Source: Amphiscolops sp. MND2022
Taxonomy: Eukaryota
DNA: 64,000 bases
Reading direction: 5' to 3'
NCBI GenBank assembly: GCA_964187785.1
Contig: OZ076409.1
Coordinates: 79,486,001-79,550,000 of the forward strand
The notes beneath the pieces are model-generated. The model did no database searches. It was not told the origin of the DNA and saw only the letters and a list, made by a program, of their open reading frames with translations. The translations under genes and the position numbers were made by a program. Of the stretch, positions 1 through 14,100 are shown in pieces (position 1 is the stretch's first letter; each line of letters opens with the position of its first letter).

Positions 1-194
1 AAATCTGGGAGGATTCTACAAGAATCACTGGACCTACTCAGAAACGGATGAATAACAATCACAAATGAGAGAGAGAGAGCCATCTTAACAACGAGCAGCA
101 GAAAAAGCAAATAGAAATATGCACGACACAACTGAAAAAACTCTTAAAGATAACGGAATAATAGCACTCTAGTTCCACTTGACAAAGCTCACAT
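1..194 (+). repeat. 3' part of probable 5' LTR
   Basis: 'aaatctg..ggacctactcagaaacggatgaata..cgagcagcagaa..gcacgaca..tagcactc..caaagctcacat' aligns with 8325-8510 and with every array unit. No clear TGG PBS follows. Confidence 0.65.
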
Positions 195-369
195 CCACTT
201 TAAAACCTCTCATCAATTTCGCTTTTATTGTTCAAAGTAACTAATTTTTCAATGATTGCTTTTCTCAGCTATTAAAGTAGAGAACTCAAGTGACCCGCAC
301 TGAACATCCCATAAACATGAGTGCAATCATGATAAAAGTGTCTACAAATTATACTATAAAATGAGCGTC

Positions 370-900
370 ACCAAGCCTTTCTCACAGAACTACAACGCTT
401 AGCCTTAGATGCGTACCCGAATATAAAAGCTCCAGCAGCTGCAGATGGTGACCCAGCAGTTGCAGCAGAAGACCGAGCTCAAGAACGTACTCGTCCGGTT
501 AGAGAACCTTTCATCAATGGAAAACCTCTCAAACTAGAACGATTCCCTCTCACACACCCAGAAGATACAACAAGAGAGGATCTCTGCGCTAAAGCTGCTA
601 GTCGTTTAATAGTAGCTCGTCTCTACCCAGAAGACGATGACAGAGCATTCGACGAACTTCGAGGTAGTTCCTCCAAAGTTTTATCCGGAATCGAGGAACT
701 CACTAAGGCCCTGACCAAAGTTCAACAAGAAACTTGTAAATTGACTGACGAACTCAAAAAGATCAGAAAAACCCTTACTCAACTCTTAACCAACTTGGCA
801 ATAATAATTGTCATAATATTAAAAACAACCAACAACAACAAAACGATAATGGAACAACTAAAACAACCGAAACAAAAATGGCTACAACTACAGTCGAAGT
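370..900 (+). pseudogene. gag relic
   Basis: Manual translation AFLTELQRLALDAYPN...VREPFINGKPLKL resembles the Gypsy capsid region. It is followed by an Asn/Gln-rich low-complexity stretch. Confidence 0.6.
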
Positions 901-1289
901 AAAAACTGCTACTTTGGATTCAATTGAAACTATAACCAACAACACTCACACAACCAACAACAAAACCGTAACAATCGACAGATTTCATGCGATCGCAATC
1001 GGAAAGGACAAAGCAAACAGTACCAAAATAGAGTTCAATCAGGACATGCACATTCGAATATTTACAACAAGTGTGTTCATACACCAGCAGCATGTTGATT
1101 TCGTCCAACATAAAGAGGAGCTGCCTCGCTCCCTCATCACCACGTCTCTACTGCACTTTATATAATCCAATGTCCTCACAGTATCAGATGCCGTCATCCC
1201 AACAAATGATGCCACCACAAATGATGCAACAACAGATGTATAACCAACAAAAGAACCAGAGCCAAGCGAACTACGTGAGCCACGTATAG

Positions 1290-1680
1290 TCCTCCTTCTA
1301 CTTTAGCTGCTATCAACGTATTATCTATTAACAAGCCTCTTACATAATTTTTTCCATTAACTTTAAACTTTTCATTTCCTATAAGAGCATTAATAGATAC
1401 TGAAGGCTTCACTAGTGCCATGCCTTCATATAACTTCCCTCTGTCATTTCTAACTATAATTCCCAAGAGAGCACCGTCAAAGTTGCTAATGGTGCTTCTT
1501 CACCGACCTTTGGCACTTTCAAAGCCATTCGTTTTGCCTATGAAACCTCTTGTGAAAACTTCATCATCCTAAAAACCATGAACCAAACGATACTTGGTTT
1601 GCCTTTCTTTGAAGAGAATGATATTCTGATTCAACCCAAATCACGCACCTTGAAATTACCGAACACTGCTTTACAGCTAA
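1290..1680 (+). pseudogene. Retropepsin (aspartic protease) relic
   Basis: IRALIDTEG at 1381 (degenerate DTG), KVANG flap, and ILGLPFF near 1590. Confidence 0.75.
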
Positions 1681-2129
1681 GAGAACGTATCCATTAAAAC
1701 GGATATATTAGTTCACTTCACTAGGAGTTTCAAATATCTTGCCGTACAACATTACCATTTGAAACAATTCCTAAAAAGCCCAACTAACTATACTCAAACC
1801 AAAACAAGCAGTTTTATTCACAACCTGGTAATTCAGGGCTTCAAATGAATTTTTTCTGAAAAAATAAACACGCTTGTTAAAGACTCGAATACCACAGTGT
1901 TCCCGAGTAAGGAAAATTGCTCGAAGGCAGAGAAACTTACTGGAATTCACAAAAATTTATGATGAAAAAGCAAAACCCAAATCAAATTAGAAAATAGACA
2001 CGATAAACTACAAATAAGATAGACAACAATACCTCCAACAGTATCCTTGGACGATTTCAGTCTCCAATGACACCCAGAAAAGTACAGTAAAAGATCTTCC
2101 ACCGTTTCACCTAATTTTTGCTCGTCAAC

Positions 2130-2610
2130 GACTTGACATCGGTGCAAACCATGATTTCAAGATAAAACTTACACTCGAATACAAGAAAACCATGTATACT
2201 CTGGTCCTCCGACCCTCATTCATTGCGTGACGAATTACTAGTAGAACATAGCACTATTGCAATACTGGGATATCATTACAACCCTCCCGTATTCCAAACA
2301 ATGCAGTCCCATTTTTGCCTTCGCAAGCCTTCACGTTTGTTAGTTGATCTCCGTCGACTCAACTATCTTATCAAACATGAGTATGACAATCATATTTTCC
2401 CCATCAACTTTTTGACTGATGTCAATGGTCAACTAGCTGGAAGAAAGGTTTTTCGCGTAGTAAAGCCTATCATGATCATGTGCTTCAGATAGCTGACCCG
2501 TTATCGGTGCAGTTTCTCTTTTTTACCTTTCGTTCACAAACGTTTGCTTACCTACGCCTTGCACAAGGCCTCAGTCGTTCAGTGGGGTCTTCAGTTCGTT
2601 TAATGGCGCA
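2130..2610 (+). pseudogene. Reverse transcriptase N-terminal relic
   Basis: RLLVDLRRLN and FAYLRLAQGL motifs; frameshifted and truncated before YxDD. Confidence 0.8.
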
Positions 2611-2619
2611 CAGTCGAAC

Positions 2620-4151
2620 AGTCGACAATTGGGAGTACCTCCCTGATCACTTGACACAGTAGCGTCGCACCCTGGCCACTGCTGGATGGTCCATGTCGAT
2701 AACGCACCCATCCATCGGAATCCCAACTGTGGCAGTACACCATAAAGTTTTTTCCAGGAGCCATGCAGTCGCCAAGATCTAAAAAACTTTTTGTTGCTCT
2801 CTTTTTCTATTCTCCTACTCTTGATATCTATATAAAGCAGTTTTCCATGTTTACCGTCCACTCTGCTGCTATCGCTGCCGTTGTTCGAGTGATTTTTTGA
2901 ATGAGAAAGTCATTCGGCGTACTCCCCCAGTTCGTGACGACAGACGTCTTTGAATGCAGCTGTCCGCATCCCGTCGCCGGTTGCTTCCCGCAATTCCTTG
3001 CCATTTGTTTGCTGCGGTTGAACTTTGCCTATCTGAAAACAACATCTTTTCAATGGATCTTTTCCTAACTCGTCTTCCAGAAAATCTCACCTGAAATCTT
3101 TTCGACGTCCAATTTAGTACCTGATTTTTGGCCCAGAAGCAAGTAATATACACTTGACCACCAGCATTGGCTGTTGACTTCTGCTAGTTTACCCACAGCT
3201 AGCTTTCTTGATGGAGCCGGCAGCACCCCAGCCCCTTCGCGTTGATGTTTTTCACTGCTCCCCCACTGACAGGGTAACCCCAGCCTGTCGCCTATCTCTC
3301 GCCTTTTCGCCGTTAAAACATGAACGTACCGCATGCTTCTAGACTGCCGCGCTCTTGAAGTAGCATGCCTAAAAGTTGCAAATGGACCTGTCTTATACAT
3401 TAAGCTGCAAGTCTTTGTATGTCTACGTTTCTTCGACCTTCAGTTCACATTATTAACAAATCCTCAAGCGTACTTACGCTCTGGCAACGCCCTTTATGCC
3501 GCCCAAGCTGATAGGAAACTCCATTCCCTCTATATTTAGTGCGCCCACATGTTTCCGCACACCTGCCAAGTTTTTGTCCGCTAATCCAACATTAACCCTG
3601 TTTAGCACTTCGCAGACTTGTTCAGCGGTTGGGACAATTTTTGCTTCGCCTTGTCGCCTTTGTACAACAGTTTCTTCCCCTCTAATTTTAAATTCAAACA
3701 GAACTTTTTGAAAGCATACACCTTCTCAGAAGTTTACAACACCCTTCTGTCAATCGCTCTCTCCTTCAAATGCTTCTCGCAGGCTTCTCTTGGAAAATGA
3801 TACATTTTGTTCAAATTTGAAATACCATTCACTAAACTTACTTAACGTACAACATAGCATGCTCTTTCTTTCTCTGCTTGCTGCGAATTCGAAAATACTT
3901 CTCGAATCGATTCCCTTTTTTGGAATTTCTGTGGTTTCGTTCATCTTTGTATCTAAACATATCTCTACACGTCCCGACTACTATTTATACATATACTACA
4001 TAATATCAATAATCTACTACTATCTATATCTTTTTTACAAACCCAATTTTACAACTTCTGAAACAGTTCATTCATCTGACTCTACCTTCGGGTTTTTCTC
4101 TTCTGTCGACTACATATACGGTTTCTCTTTTTATCCGATAGTAGTGTAACA
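2620..4151 (-). mobile_element. Inverted fragment of a second (gag/protease-like) retroelement nested in pol
   Basis: Host RT stops abruptly at ~2610. The minus strand is purine-rich with gag-like RRQGEAK, a knuckle-like remnant and FLDLG. A possible LTR start TGTTAC lies at 4151 on the minus strand. Confidence 0.4.
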
Positions 4152-4399
4152 TAAACATGCTAAAATAATAGTGAATGTGATGACTGTAACTACTGACTCC
4201 TACAACCACTATCCAGTTGCGTGGATCTTGATCGGCCTCTTTTGGCCAGAGAACACAGGCTGGATCGCGTTCTGGCTTGAAGGAGACCACCATTCGTTCT
4301 CCTCTTTAGACACGTAGGTGCCTTCATGACAACAATTGGATTCGTAGTAATAGAGTGCAATGTTTTGACACATCTTGAAGACGTTCTGACCAATTCGAA

Positions 4400-4500
4400 A
4401 AATAGAATTATACTGTACGAAAAGTTGGAACCCTCCTAACCCCATGCGTTCATCGCATTCGGCTTAGACCCATACCCCACAAAATCAAATGGATGACTTT
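4400..4500 (+). pseudogene. Integrase C-terminal relic
   Basis: NYTVRKVGTLLTPCVHRIRLRP resembles the segment after the GPY/F motif in Gypsy integrases. Confidence 0.6.
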
Positions 4501-5399
4501 CCCAGTGTTAATCATCAGGGATGATTCAATGTGTCCTTCTTAAAAGATATTGCTCGGAACCGTCTATGTTTGAGAATCTTTTTCCTAAACTTCTTTCGGA
4601 AACACCAATTTCACCTCACGTCGCAGTTTCGGGATCAATGAATGTCTTTTTTTGCTATATGCTTCGTCGCAACGCCACGAGAATAGTTGCACCTCCACCC
4701 CCTAATGCACTTTCTCGAAAAGATAATGTTCAGAATTCAGAATTTGTCGGATTCTTGTCGGATTCAGATAACACTGCAACTTCGGAGACTCGCACTGACA
4801 TTGAACCGGAACCTCTTTCAATGGTTGATGTCCCCTTCCAAATGATTGACTTTAGCAGTCCCCCTTGTTCACAACCTTTGTTTGATTCCTCAAACGTATT
4901 AATTGTAGCCTCAGCCCAAACTCTATCCACACATACTTAACCAGTGTTGCAAAACCAGAAGTCTTTTCTGATTATTTTTTTTTGCACTTTTGTGAAATGC
5001 CTTACACAGAGAGCCTCTGAAAAACTCGAAACAAACGTTTAGATACCCTTCTTCATTAGTAATTGTTTGGATATGATGTTCAGACTGATGGTAACTTCAA
5101 GTAGCAGCTTTGAATGAGATCCAACAATAGTGTTGATTGATCAAACAACAAAAGAAATTGGAAACAACAAATCTATGCTATAGCATAAACACCAAGTGGT
5201 TCCCTTAGGCTAACACTTTCCGAATTTGATACAAAGATTGACTCGACACCCCAAATATAGTAGGAATCCCTGTGATATTTAGTCCTCTCCTGTTTTGGTA
5301 CCTAAGAAGACACAAAATTTTTGATTAGATTTGAATTTCTATTTTTCTTGATCAACTTATAAATATATTGTTCACAGTCTACAGAAGCACCATTTTGAA

Positions 5400-7420
5400 C
5401 ATTGGAATGTTCAATTTTCTTTTCCTTCTACTTTTTGGTAGCTTCTCAGACTGGCATAACGACATATGATGCGCCTGATGGTGACCTTCGCTAGGGCATA
5501 ATCTTTCACGAGAACAAGAATATTCTCTTGGCAGAAAAATATGCCATTATTCAGTTCCTCTTGTCTTTACCGATGTTCCATGTTTCGATCAAATGGAAAG
5601 TTGAACAGATTGCTTTCACTCTGGATCAAATGTGGTCCATGCCCACAAACTTTTGTTACTTGAATGCTACGAAGACGTCCATGGCTGAATTTAACGTCCA
5701 CTAGATGGTCCAATATAGTAATAATAAGAACTATAAGTCAAAAAAATTGCTGTCACCGAACAAGATCTTGATCGTCTTCACCATGAGACTGCCTCTCGTT
5801 TGTCTCCGCCTCAAACTACTTCTCGCTCCCGCCGTGAAGTATTTTTGGCTGCTGTAGCCGTTAACGCCATTGGTCGTTTTGGATCTGGCATAGCCTTTGG
5901 CTGACACGTGCGGACTCACAGGCATCTTTATCTTTGCTAGCTGCTAAACTGAGAAAAATGCTGTTGCCATTTCTCGAAAGTTTGAAATCAACTCAGAACT
6001 CCTTGATGCTCTTCATCATCTGAAATCAGAAACAAATGATAAACTTTACATTGTTGGTAACGAACTTCACTCATTACGTGAAATACAACAAAGAGTGGCT
6101 GATATTCAAAATGCTAATTGGCGTGTTATCACTGTGAAACTAGACTCCTATCGTTGTACTGTAAATATTGTAGACCAAGTTTTTTCCTCAACAACAGATC
6201 ACTTTCAATTTCGATGCTCTTTCGTCTCTTCTTTCACTTTTCTATGCGAACTTGAAGTCAAATCGTGCTGAGCTTTTTTGTACCATATAAATTTGTTTAT
6301 TAGCATCCCGGATCTCCTCCAACAGTATGTGATGATATATCTTCTGCTTGGTGATTCCCTTCACATCGTCTTAGAGAAGTGGCACGCATTCAAAGTTACT
6401 GAGCGTATCCACCGTTGCGATCCCCTTCGATCGTGTCGTCTCTTATAATGAAGCCCAACTTTTACAGGCTCCCGCAAGGATTCCTATCAACACTCTCAAC
6501 ACTCAATTCTCTTGGCTTCCAGCACCAGAGTCATGACAATCTGTGGAGCAATCCCGCTGCTGATGCCCCAACCAGGCAATGCCTCTGCCAAAATTTGCGA
6601 GCCTGAACTCCCTACCTACCAGTTATGGAAAAAACAGATACTACGCTCGTCTCTGAGGCGCCCTCGTAGAACTGTATTGGTTCGGACTAAGACAGTATGC
6701 CACCAAGGCCTTGCTACGGAAGGTTTGTGGTCTTCCTGACTCATCACTTTGTTTCTCTGCAATCTTGTCCAGGCATTGACGGTTTGTCACTTGAAACCTT
6801 ATCCACGCCCGCTGAGGGAACATGCTGTAAGTCTTTACTTTGATATTTAGTGAAAACTATCCGCCTCTTGACACCTTTGAACTTCGTGAGTCGGAAAATA
6901 ACTCCTCGTCTCCACTCGCTTCAGCCACACACCCTGGATGTCGTGTCTGCCTTTTCACCCTTAATTGTGGAGAGATGCTGACCACTTCTCATCTTACCAT
7001 TCGTTCTGACCTGCAAACATGTAATGTGGTTCCTCCCACATAACTGAAGGTAGATTTTGCTAGGCATCTAGAGAATTTTCTCAGCGCCCTTTCGACTCTG
7101 GATGAATTACCTTATCACACCACCAATCAGCTGCACTTTTGCATTCCCTCCAAGCTATGAAAGACAAAATCCATATGCTTCCCTTCAACCGTGATTCCAC
7201 GGATGATACTCTACGGGATCCTGCGAAGCCTATTGCCCTTGAAGACCCAAATCAAAACTGCATTTGGCCAATCTTTCGCTTCTTCTTCCACTAATAAAAC
7301 TATTCCTTATGGGCAGTGCGAGGTTTGTTATTTCAATGGCTCTTAACCTCGCTGTGACATATTTTCCATCAATTTCATAGGCTTCGCAAATTTTTGCCAT
7401 TTACGCAAAAATCAGATGCT
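5400..7420 (+). pseudogene. env-like class I fusion glycoprotein relic
   Basis: Signal-like MFNFLFLLLF (~5408); furin site RSRR (5824-5835) then hydrophobic EVFLAAVAVNAIGRFGSGIAFG; heptad region NAVAISRKFEINSELLDALHHLKSETNDKLYIVGNELHSLREIQQRVADIQ; Cys-rich downstream. Disrupted by stops. Confidence 0.75.
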
Positions 7421-8149
7421 CTCCATGACAAAGTACGACTGCGCCTGAATGGCAGTCGACTATGAGGCTAGTCCATATCTCCATGCTGAATCCTTTCCCT
7501 GGCATAATCGAGGTGTTCTCCTCTCTAGCACCATCGTTGAGAGCCTTCAAGAGCATGTTTCACTAGTTTATTGCCTATCATTTTTGTTTTTTTTTCGGAA
7601 GAATATTTAATTTAGCCAATTTTCTTCACGCTTTGTGATTCATGCGCATCTTTCATAGCTATGACTCATTGTCCCCTGAAATGCTATTTGTTGGGCATTT
7701 TTTTTACTTAACCTGACCCGCTTACGTTTCACCTCTCCATGCTCTATTTTCAGCGAACACCTTCCCTTTTGCTCCAAACATGCTTCTTGGCTTGTTTTTT
7801 GATTTCAGCCCTTATTTCTAACTCTTCGTCCTCACAAAATCGCTTTTCGATATCTAATTTGTCCACCTTTTCTATCTTTGTACTGGGATTCTTGTATTTT
7901 GATATTAGATCACTTCATGAATACACTTTTGCGCATTTTCGTTTGAGTATAGTCGCATATTTACTCTCTCTGCTTTTATTAACGTTAACCCCTTTTGCTT
8001 TCCTGTTATTATTGAGTTTTGCTCAACAGGATGTACACTTTGCTCACCCCTTTAAACACCCATCTTTCGTGGGGAACGCTATAGTTTCATGCTCTTTTTA
8101 CCCTTCTGTATTCTTGTTAATAATCTTTAAACCGAGGCTCTACTTTTGT

Positions 8150-11100
8150 TGATATGGTATATGTATTTATTTTTCCTGGACGGTTTCATACTTAGTTGCA
8201 TTTGGTTCATCATCTCTGTTTTTTTTCATGTGCTGCTGTCTGGCTATCTTCTATCTCAATATCTGATATTACGTGCCTCTGGCATTTCTCCTTTTTCCGG
8301 GTAGATTCATGGTTCTCATCATGAAATCTGAAAGGAATCTACATGATTCATTGGACCTAATCAGAAACGGATGAATAGCGAATCACAACAACGAACCAAT
8401 GAAAGAAAACCAACTCAACAGCGAGCAGCAGAATAAGCAGATAACTTTAAGCACGACAGGAACAGAAAAGTAGCACTCCACAAAGCACACACACTCAACA
8501 AAGCTCACATTTTTTGTTTTTTTTTATCAAAATTTTTTTTAAGTCTCCAAAGGGTCCCCCTTTCATTTTTTGATACTTTGCAACAGAACGAATGTTAAAA
8601 AATCTCACAGGGTCCCCGTTTTAGAGGTTTGGGATTGTTAGATGTTTCAAAATGAATGTTTTTTGTCTTAAAAATAGTTTTTTTTCAGGCCCAGCAAGCT
8701 ACATCAGCATTTTGAATTTTGTTTTTTTTTTCAACGATCGATGTTTTTTAATTGCGACCTCTCTGTAATTTTTTTTCATCTAAGCCCCACATTTTTTACT
8801 GAAAACGAAACGTTTTGCAAGCATAAAGGACTCCTCAGGGCTTTCGGCACTATGCGACTTACCGGAGACTTTCACCGAAAAAAACTTTTCGGAAATTTTC
8901 GGATATAGGTTTTTTCTCATTTTTTGTTTTTTGAAAGGTTTTTGGTTGAGAAAGATGGATTTTCGCTGTTCCGATTTAGGGAAAAAGGTAGTCGAGTCTA
9001 ATGCGTTCCCTCGGGGTAGTTTTTGGCACTGTAAACAGGATAAAATTTTAACAATGTGTTTTTACCTGTGATTCTCCGTCTGATATTTAGTGCTTATTTG
9101 GTTTTCTCTTCAAAAGTTTGCAACTTTCTTTGCTTAGCATCTGTGTTCAAAAATTTTCCAACATGAATTTCAGTTTAAAGTTAAATAGTATGAAAATGAC
9201 GTTAGCGGAGTTGATTTTCGGCAATGTTTCATTTTCAAAACTTTCAGGCAATAGCAAGATGTTCTCGTTTCCAACCGGATTCAGGAATGTTTTTAGTCGG
9301 TGTTTTTAGTCGGCGCTTCAAGAAGTGAAACGCGACTATTATAATAACTATTTTTTTCAATCCACACGAACTGACCAAAAGAGGTCTACGAAAGTTTTAC
9401 GAAATTTAATGGTGTCAAATTTAATTGTTTGGCCTAGCGAACTCAACCAAAAAAGTTTTTCTTGTTTTTCGGCGTAACATAGAGTACTGGGCGAGACTAA
9501 AGGTCCCCCTTTCAGTTTTTTGGCGTTGTCTGAATTGATATGGTATATGTACTTTGTTTTTCTGGACGACCGTATGGTTTCATCCTTAGTTGCATTTGGT
9601 TCATCATCTCTGTTTATTTCATGTGCTGCTGTCTGGCTATCTTCTCTCTCAATATCTGCTATTACGTGCCTTTGGCATTTCTCCTTTTTCCGGGTAGATT
9701 CATGGTTCTCATCATGAAATCTGAAAGGAATCTACATCATTCATTGGACCTAATCAGAAACGGATAAATAGCGAATCACAACAACGAAACAATGAAAGAA
9801 AGCCAACTCGACAGGGAGCAGCAGAATAAGCAGCTAACTTTAAGCACGACAGGAACAGAAAAGTAGCACTCCACAAAGCACACACACTTAACAAAGCTCA
9901 CATTTTTTGTTTTCTTCATCGAAAATTTTTTTAAAGTCTCCAAAGGGTCCCCCTTTCATTTTTTGATACTTTGCAACAGAATGAATGTTAAAAAATCTCA
10001 CAGGGTCCCGTTTTAGAGTTTTGGAATTGTTAGATGTTTCGAAATGAATGTTTTTCGTCTTAAAAATAGTTTTTTTTCAGGCCCAGCAAGCTACATCAGC
10101 ATTTTGAATTTTGTTTTTTTTTCGAAGATCGATGTTTTTTAATTGCGACCTACCTCTCTGTAATTTTTTTTCATCTAAGCCGCACATTTTTTACTGAAAA
10201 CGAAACGTTTTGCGAGCATAAAGGACTCCCCAGGGCTTTCGGCACTATGCGATTTACTGGAGACTTTCACCGAAAAAACTTTCCGGAAATTTTCGGATAT
10301 AAGTTGTTTCTCATTTTTTGTTTTTTGAAAGGTTTTTGGTTGAGAAAGATGGATTTTCGCTGTTCCGAATTAGGGAAAAAGGTAGTCGAGTCTAATGCGT
10401 TCCCTCGGGGTAGTTTTTGGCACTGTAAACAGGATAAAATTTTAACAATGTGTTTTTACCTGTGATTCTCCGTCTGATATTTAGTGCTTATTTGGTTTTC
10501 TCTTCAAAAGTTTGCAACTTTCTTTGCTTAGCATCTGTGTTCAAAAATTTTCCAACATGAATTTCAGTTTAAAGTTAAATAGTATGAAAATGACGTTAGC
10601 GGAGTTGATTTTCGGCAATGTTTCATTTTCAAAACTTTCAGGCAATAGCAAGATGTTCTCGTTTCCAACCGGATTCAGGAATGTTTTTAGTCGGTGTTTT
10701 TAGTCGGCGCTTCAAGAAGTGAAACGCGACTATTATAATAACTATTTTTTTCAATCCACACGAACTGACCAAAAGAGGTCTACGAAAGTTTTACGAAATT
10801 TTATGGTGTCAAATTTAACTGTTTGGCCTAGCGAACTCAACCAAAAAAGTTTTTCCTGTTTTTCGGCGAAACATAGAGTACTGGGCGAGACTAAAGGTCC
10901 CCCTTTCAGTTTTTTGGCGTTGCCTTTATTGATATGGTAAATGTATTTACTTTTTCTGGACGACCGTATGGTTTCATCCTTAGTTGCATTTGGTTCATCA
11001 TCTCTGTTTATTTCATGTGCTGCTGTCTGGCTATCTTCTCTCTCAATATCTGATATTACGTGCCTTTGGCATTTCTCCTTTTTCGGGTAGATTCATGGTT

Positions 11101-14100
11101 CTCATCATGAAATCTGAAAGGAATCTACATGATTCATTGGACCTAATCAGAAACGGATAAATAGCGAATCACAACAACGAAACAATGAAAGAAAGCCAAC
11201 TCGACAGGGAGCAGCAGAATAAGCAGATAACTTTACGCACGACAGGAACAGAAAAGTAGCACTCCACAAAGCACACACACGTAACGAAGCTCACATTTTT
11301 TGTTTTTTTTTTATCGAAAATTTTTTTAAAGTCTCCAAAGGGCCCCCCTTTCATTTTTTGATACTTTGCAACAGAATGAATGTTAAAAAACCCCCCAGGG
11401 TCCACGTTTTAGAGGTTTGGGGTTGTTAGATGTTTCAAAATGAATGTTTTTTGTCTTAAAAATAATTTTTTTCAGGCCCATCAAGCTACATCAGCATTTT
11501 GAATTTTGTTTTTTTCAAAGATCGATGTTTTTTAATTGCGACCTCTTTGTAATTTTTTTTCATCTAAGCCCCACATTTTTTACTGAAAACGAAACGTTTT
11601 GCGAGCATAAAGGACTCCTCAGGGCTTTCGGAACTATGCGACTTACCGGAGACTTTCACCGAAAAAACTTTTCGGAAATTTTCGGATATAAGTTTTTTTC
11701 TCGTTTTTGGTTTTTTGAAAAGTTTTTGGTTGAGAAAGATAGATTTTCGCTGTTCCGAATTGGGGAAAAGGGTAGTCGAGTCTAATGCGTTCCCTTGGGG
11801 TAGTTTTTGGCACTGTAAACAGGTTAAAATTTTTACAATGTGGGTTTACCTGTGGTTCTCCGTCTGATATTTAGTGCTTATTTGGTTTTCTCTTCAAAAG
11901 TTCTCAACTTTCTTTGCTTAGCATCTGTGTTCAAAAGTTTTCCAACATGAATTTCAGTTTAAAGTTGAATAGTTTGAAAATGACTTTAGCGGAGTTGATT
12001 TTTGGCAATATTTCATTTTCAAAACTTTCAGGCAATAGCAAGATGTTCTCGTTTCCAACCGGTTTCAGGAATGGTTTTAGTTGGTGTTTTTAGTAGGCGC
12101 TTCAAGAAGAGAAACGCGACTATTATAATAACTATTTTTTTAATCCACACGAACTGACCAAAAGAGTTCTACGAAAGTTTTACGAAAGTTTATGGTGTCG
12201 AGTTGAACTGTTTGGCCTAGCGAACTCAATCAAAAAGGTTTTTCCTGTTTTTCGGCGTAACATATAGTACTGGGCGAGACTAAAGGTCCCCCTTTCAGTT
12301 TTTTGACGTTGCCTTTATTGATATGGTATATGTATTTATTTTTTCTGGGCGACCGTATGGTTTCATCCTTAGTTGCATTTGGTTCATCATCTCTGTTTAT
12401 TTCATGAGCTGCTGTCTGGCTATCTTCTCTCTCAATATCTGATATTACGTGCCTTTCGCATTTCTCCTTTTTCCGGGTAGATTCATGGTTCTCATCATGA
12501 AATCTGAAAGGAATCTACATGATTCAATGGACCTAATCAGAAACGGATAAATAGCGAATCACAACAACGAAACAATGAAAGAAAGCTAACTCGACAGGGA
12601 GCAGCAGAATAAGCAGATAACTTCACGCACGACAGGAACAGAAAAGTAGCACTCCACAAAGCACACACATGTAACAAAGCTCACATTTTTTGTTTTCTTT
12701 ATCGAAAACTTTTTTAGAGTCTCCAAAGGGCCCCCTTTCATTTTTTGATACTTTGCAACAGAATGAATGTTAAAAAATCTCACAGGGTCCACGTTTTAGA
12801 GGTTTGGGGTTGTTAGATGTTTCAAAATGAATGTTTTTCGTCTTATAATAGTTTTTTTCAGGTCCAGCAAGCTACATCAGCATTTTGAATTTTGTTTTTT
12901 TTTTCAAAGATCGATGTTTTCTAATTGCGACCTCTTTGTAATTTTTTTCATCTAAGCCCCACATTTTTTACTGAAAACGAAACGTTTTGCGAGCATAAAG
13001 GACTCCTCAGGGCTTTCGGCACTATGCGACCTACCGGAGACTTTCACCGAAAAATCATTTCGGAAACTTTCGGATATAAGTTTTTTCTCATTTTTGGTTT
13101 TTGAAAAATTTTTGGTTGAGAAAGATGGATTTTCGCTGTTCCGAATTGGGGAAAAGGGTAGTCGAGTCTAATGCGTTCCCTTGGGGTAGTTTTTGGCACT
13201 GTAAACAGGTTAAAATTTTAACAATGTGGGTTTACCTGTGATTCTCCGTCTGATATTTAGTGCTTATTTGGTTTTCTCTTCAAAAGTTCGCAACTTTCTT
13301 TGCTTAGCATCTGTGTTCAAAAGTTTTCCAACATGAATTTCAGTTTAAAGTTAAATAGTTTGAAAATGACTTTAGCGGAGTTGATTTTCGGCAATATTTC
13401 ATTTTCAAAACTTTCAGGTAATAGCAAGATGTTCTCGTTTCCAACCGGTTTCAGGAATGGTTTTAGTTGGTGTTTTTAGTCGGCGCTTCAAGAAGTGAAA
13501 CGCGACTAATATAAAAACTATTTTTTTTCCACACGAACTGACCAAAAGAGTTCTACGAAAGTTTTACGAAAGTTTATGGTGTCGAGTTGAACTGTTTGGC
13601 CTAGCGAACTCAATCAAAAAAGTTTTTCCTGTTTTTCGGCGTAACATATAGTACTGGGCGAGACTAAAGGTCCCCCTTTCAGTTTTTTGGCGTTGCCTTT
13701 ATTGATATGGTATATGTATTTATTTTTTTCTGGACGACCGTATGGTTTCATCCTTAGTTGCATTTGGTTCATTATCTCTGTTTATTTCATGAGCTGCTGT
13801 CTGGCTATCTTCTCTCTCAATATCTGATATTACGTGCCTTTGGCATTTCTCGTTTTTCCGGGTAGATTCATGGTTCTCATGAAAGCACACACACTTAACA
13901 AAGCTCACATTTTTTGTTTTCTTTATCGAAAATTTTTTTAAAGTCTCCAAAGGGTCCCCCTTTCATTTTTTGATACTTTGCAACAGAATGAATGGTAAAA
14001 ATTCTCACAGGGTCCCCGTTCTAGAGGTTTGGGATTGTTAGATGTTTCAAAATGAATGTTTTTCGTCTTAAAAATAGGTTTTTTCAAGCCCAGCAATCTA

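Larger units (their letters stand above)
1..8510 (+). mobile_element. Decayed env-bearing Ty3/Gypsy LTR retrotransposon (endogenous-retrovirus-like)
   Basis: Ordered relics on + strand: gag (~370-900), protease (1381-1640), RT (2220-2600), integrase C-terminus (~4406-4480), env-like (5400-7400). 1-194 is homologous to ~8325-8510, consistent with LTRs. Many stops and frameshifts. Confidence 0.85.
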
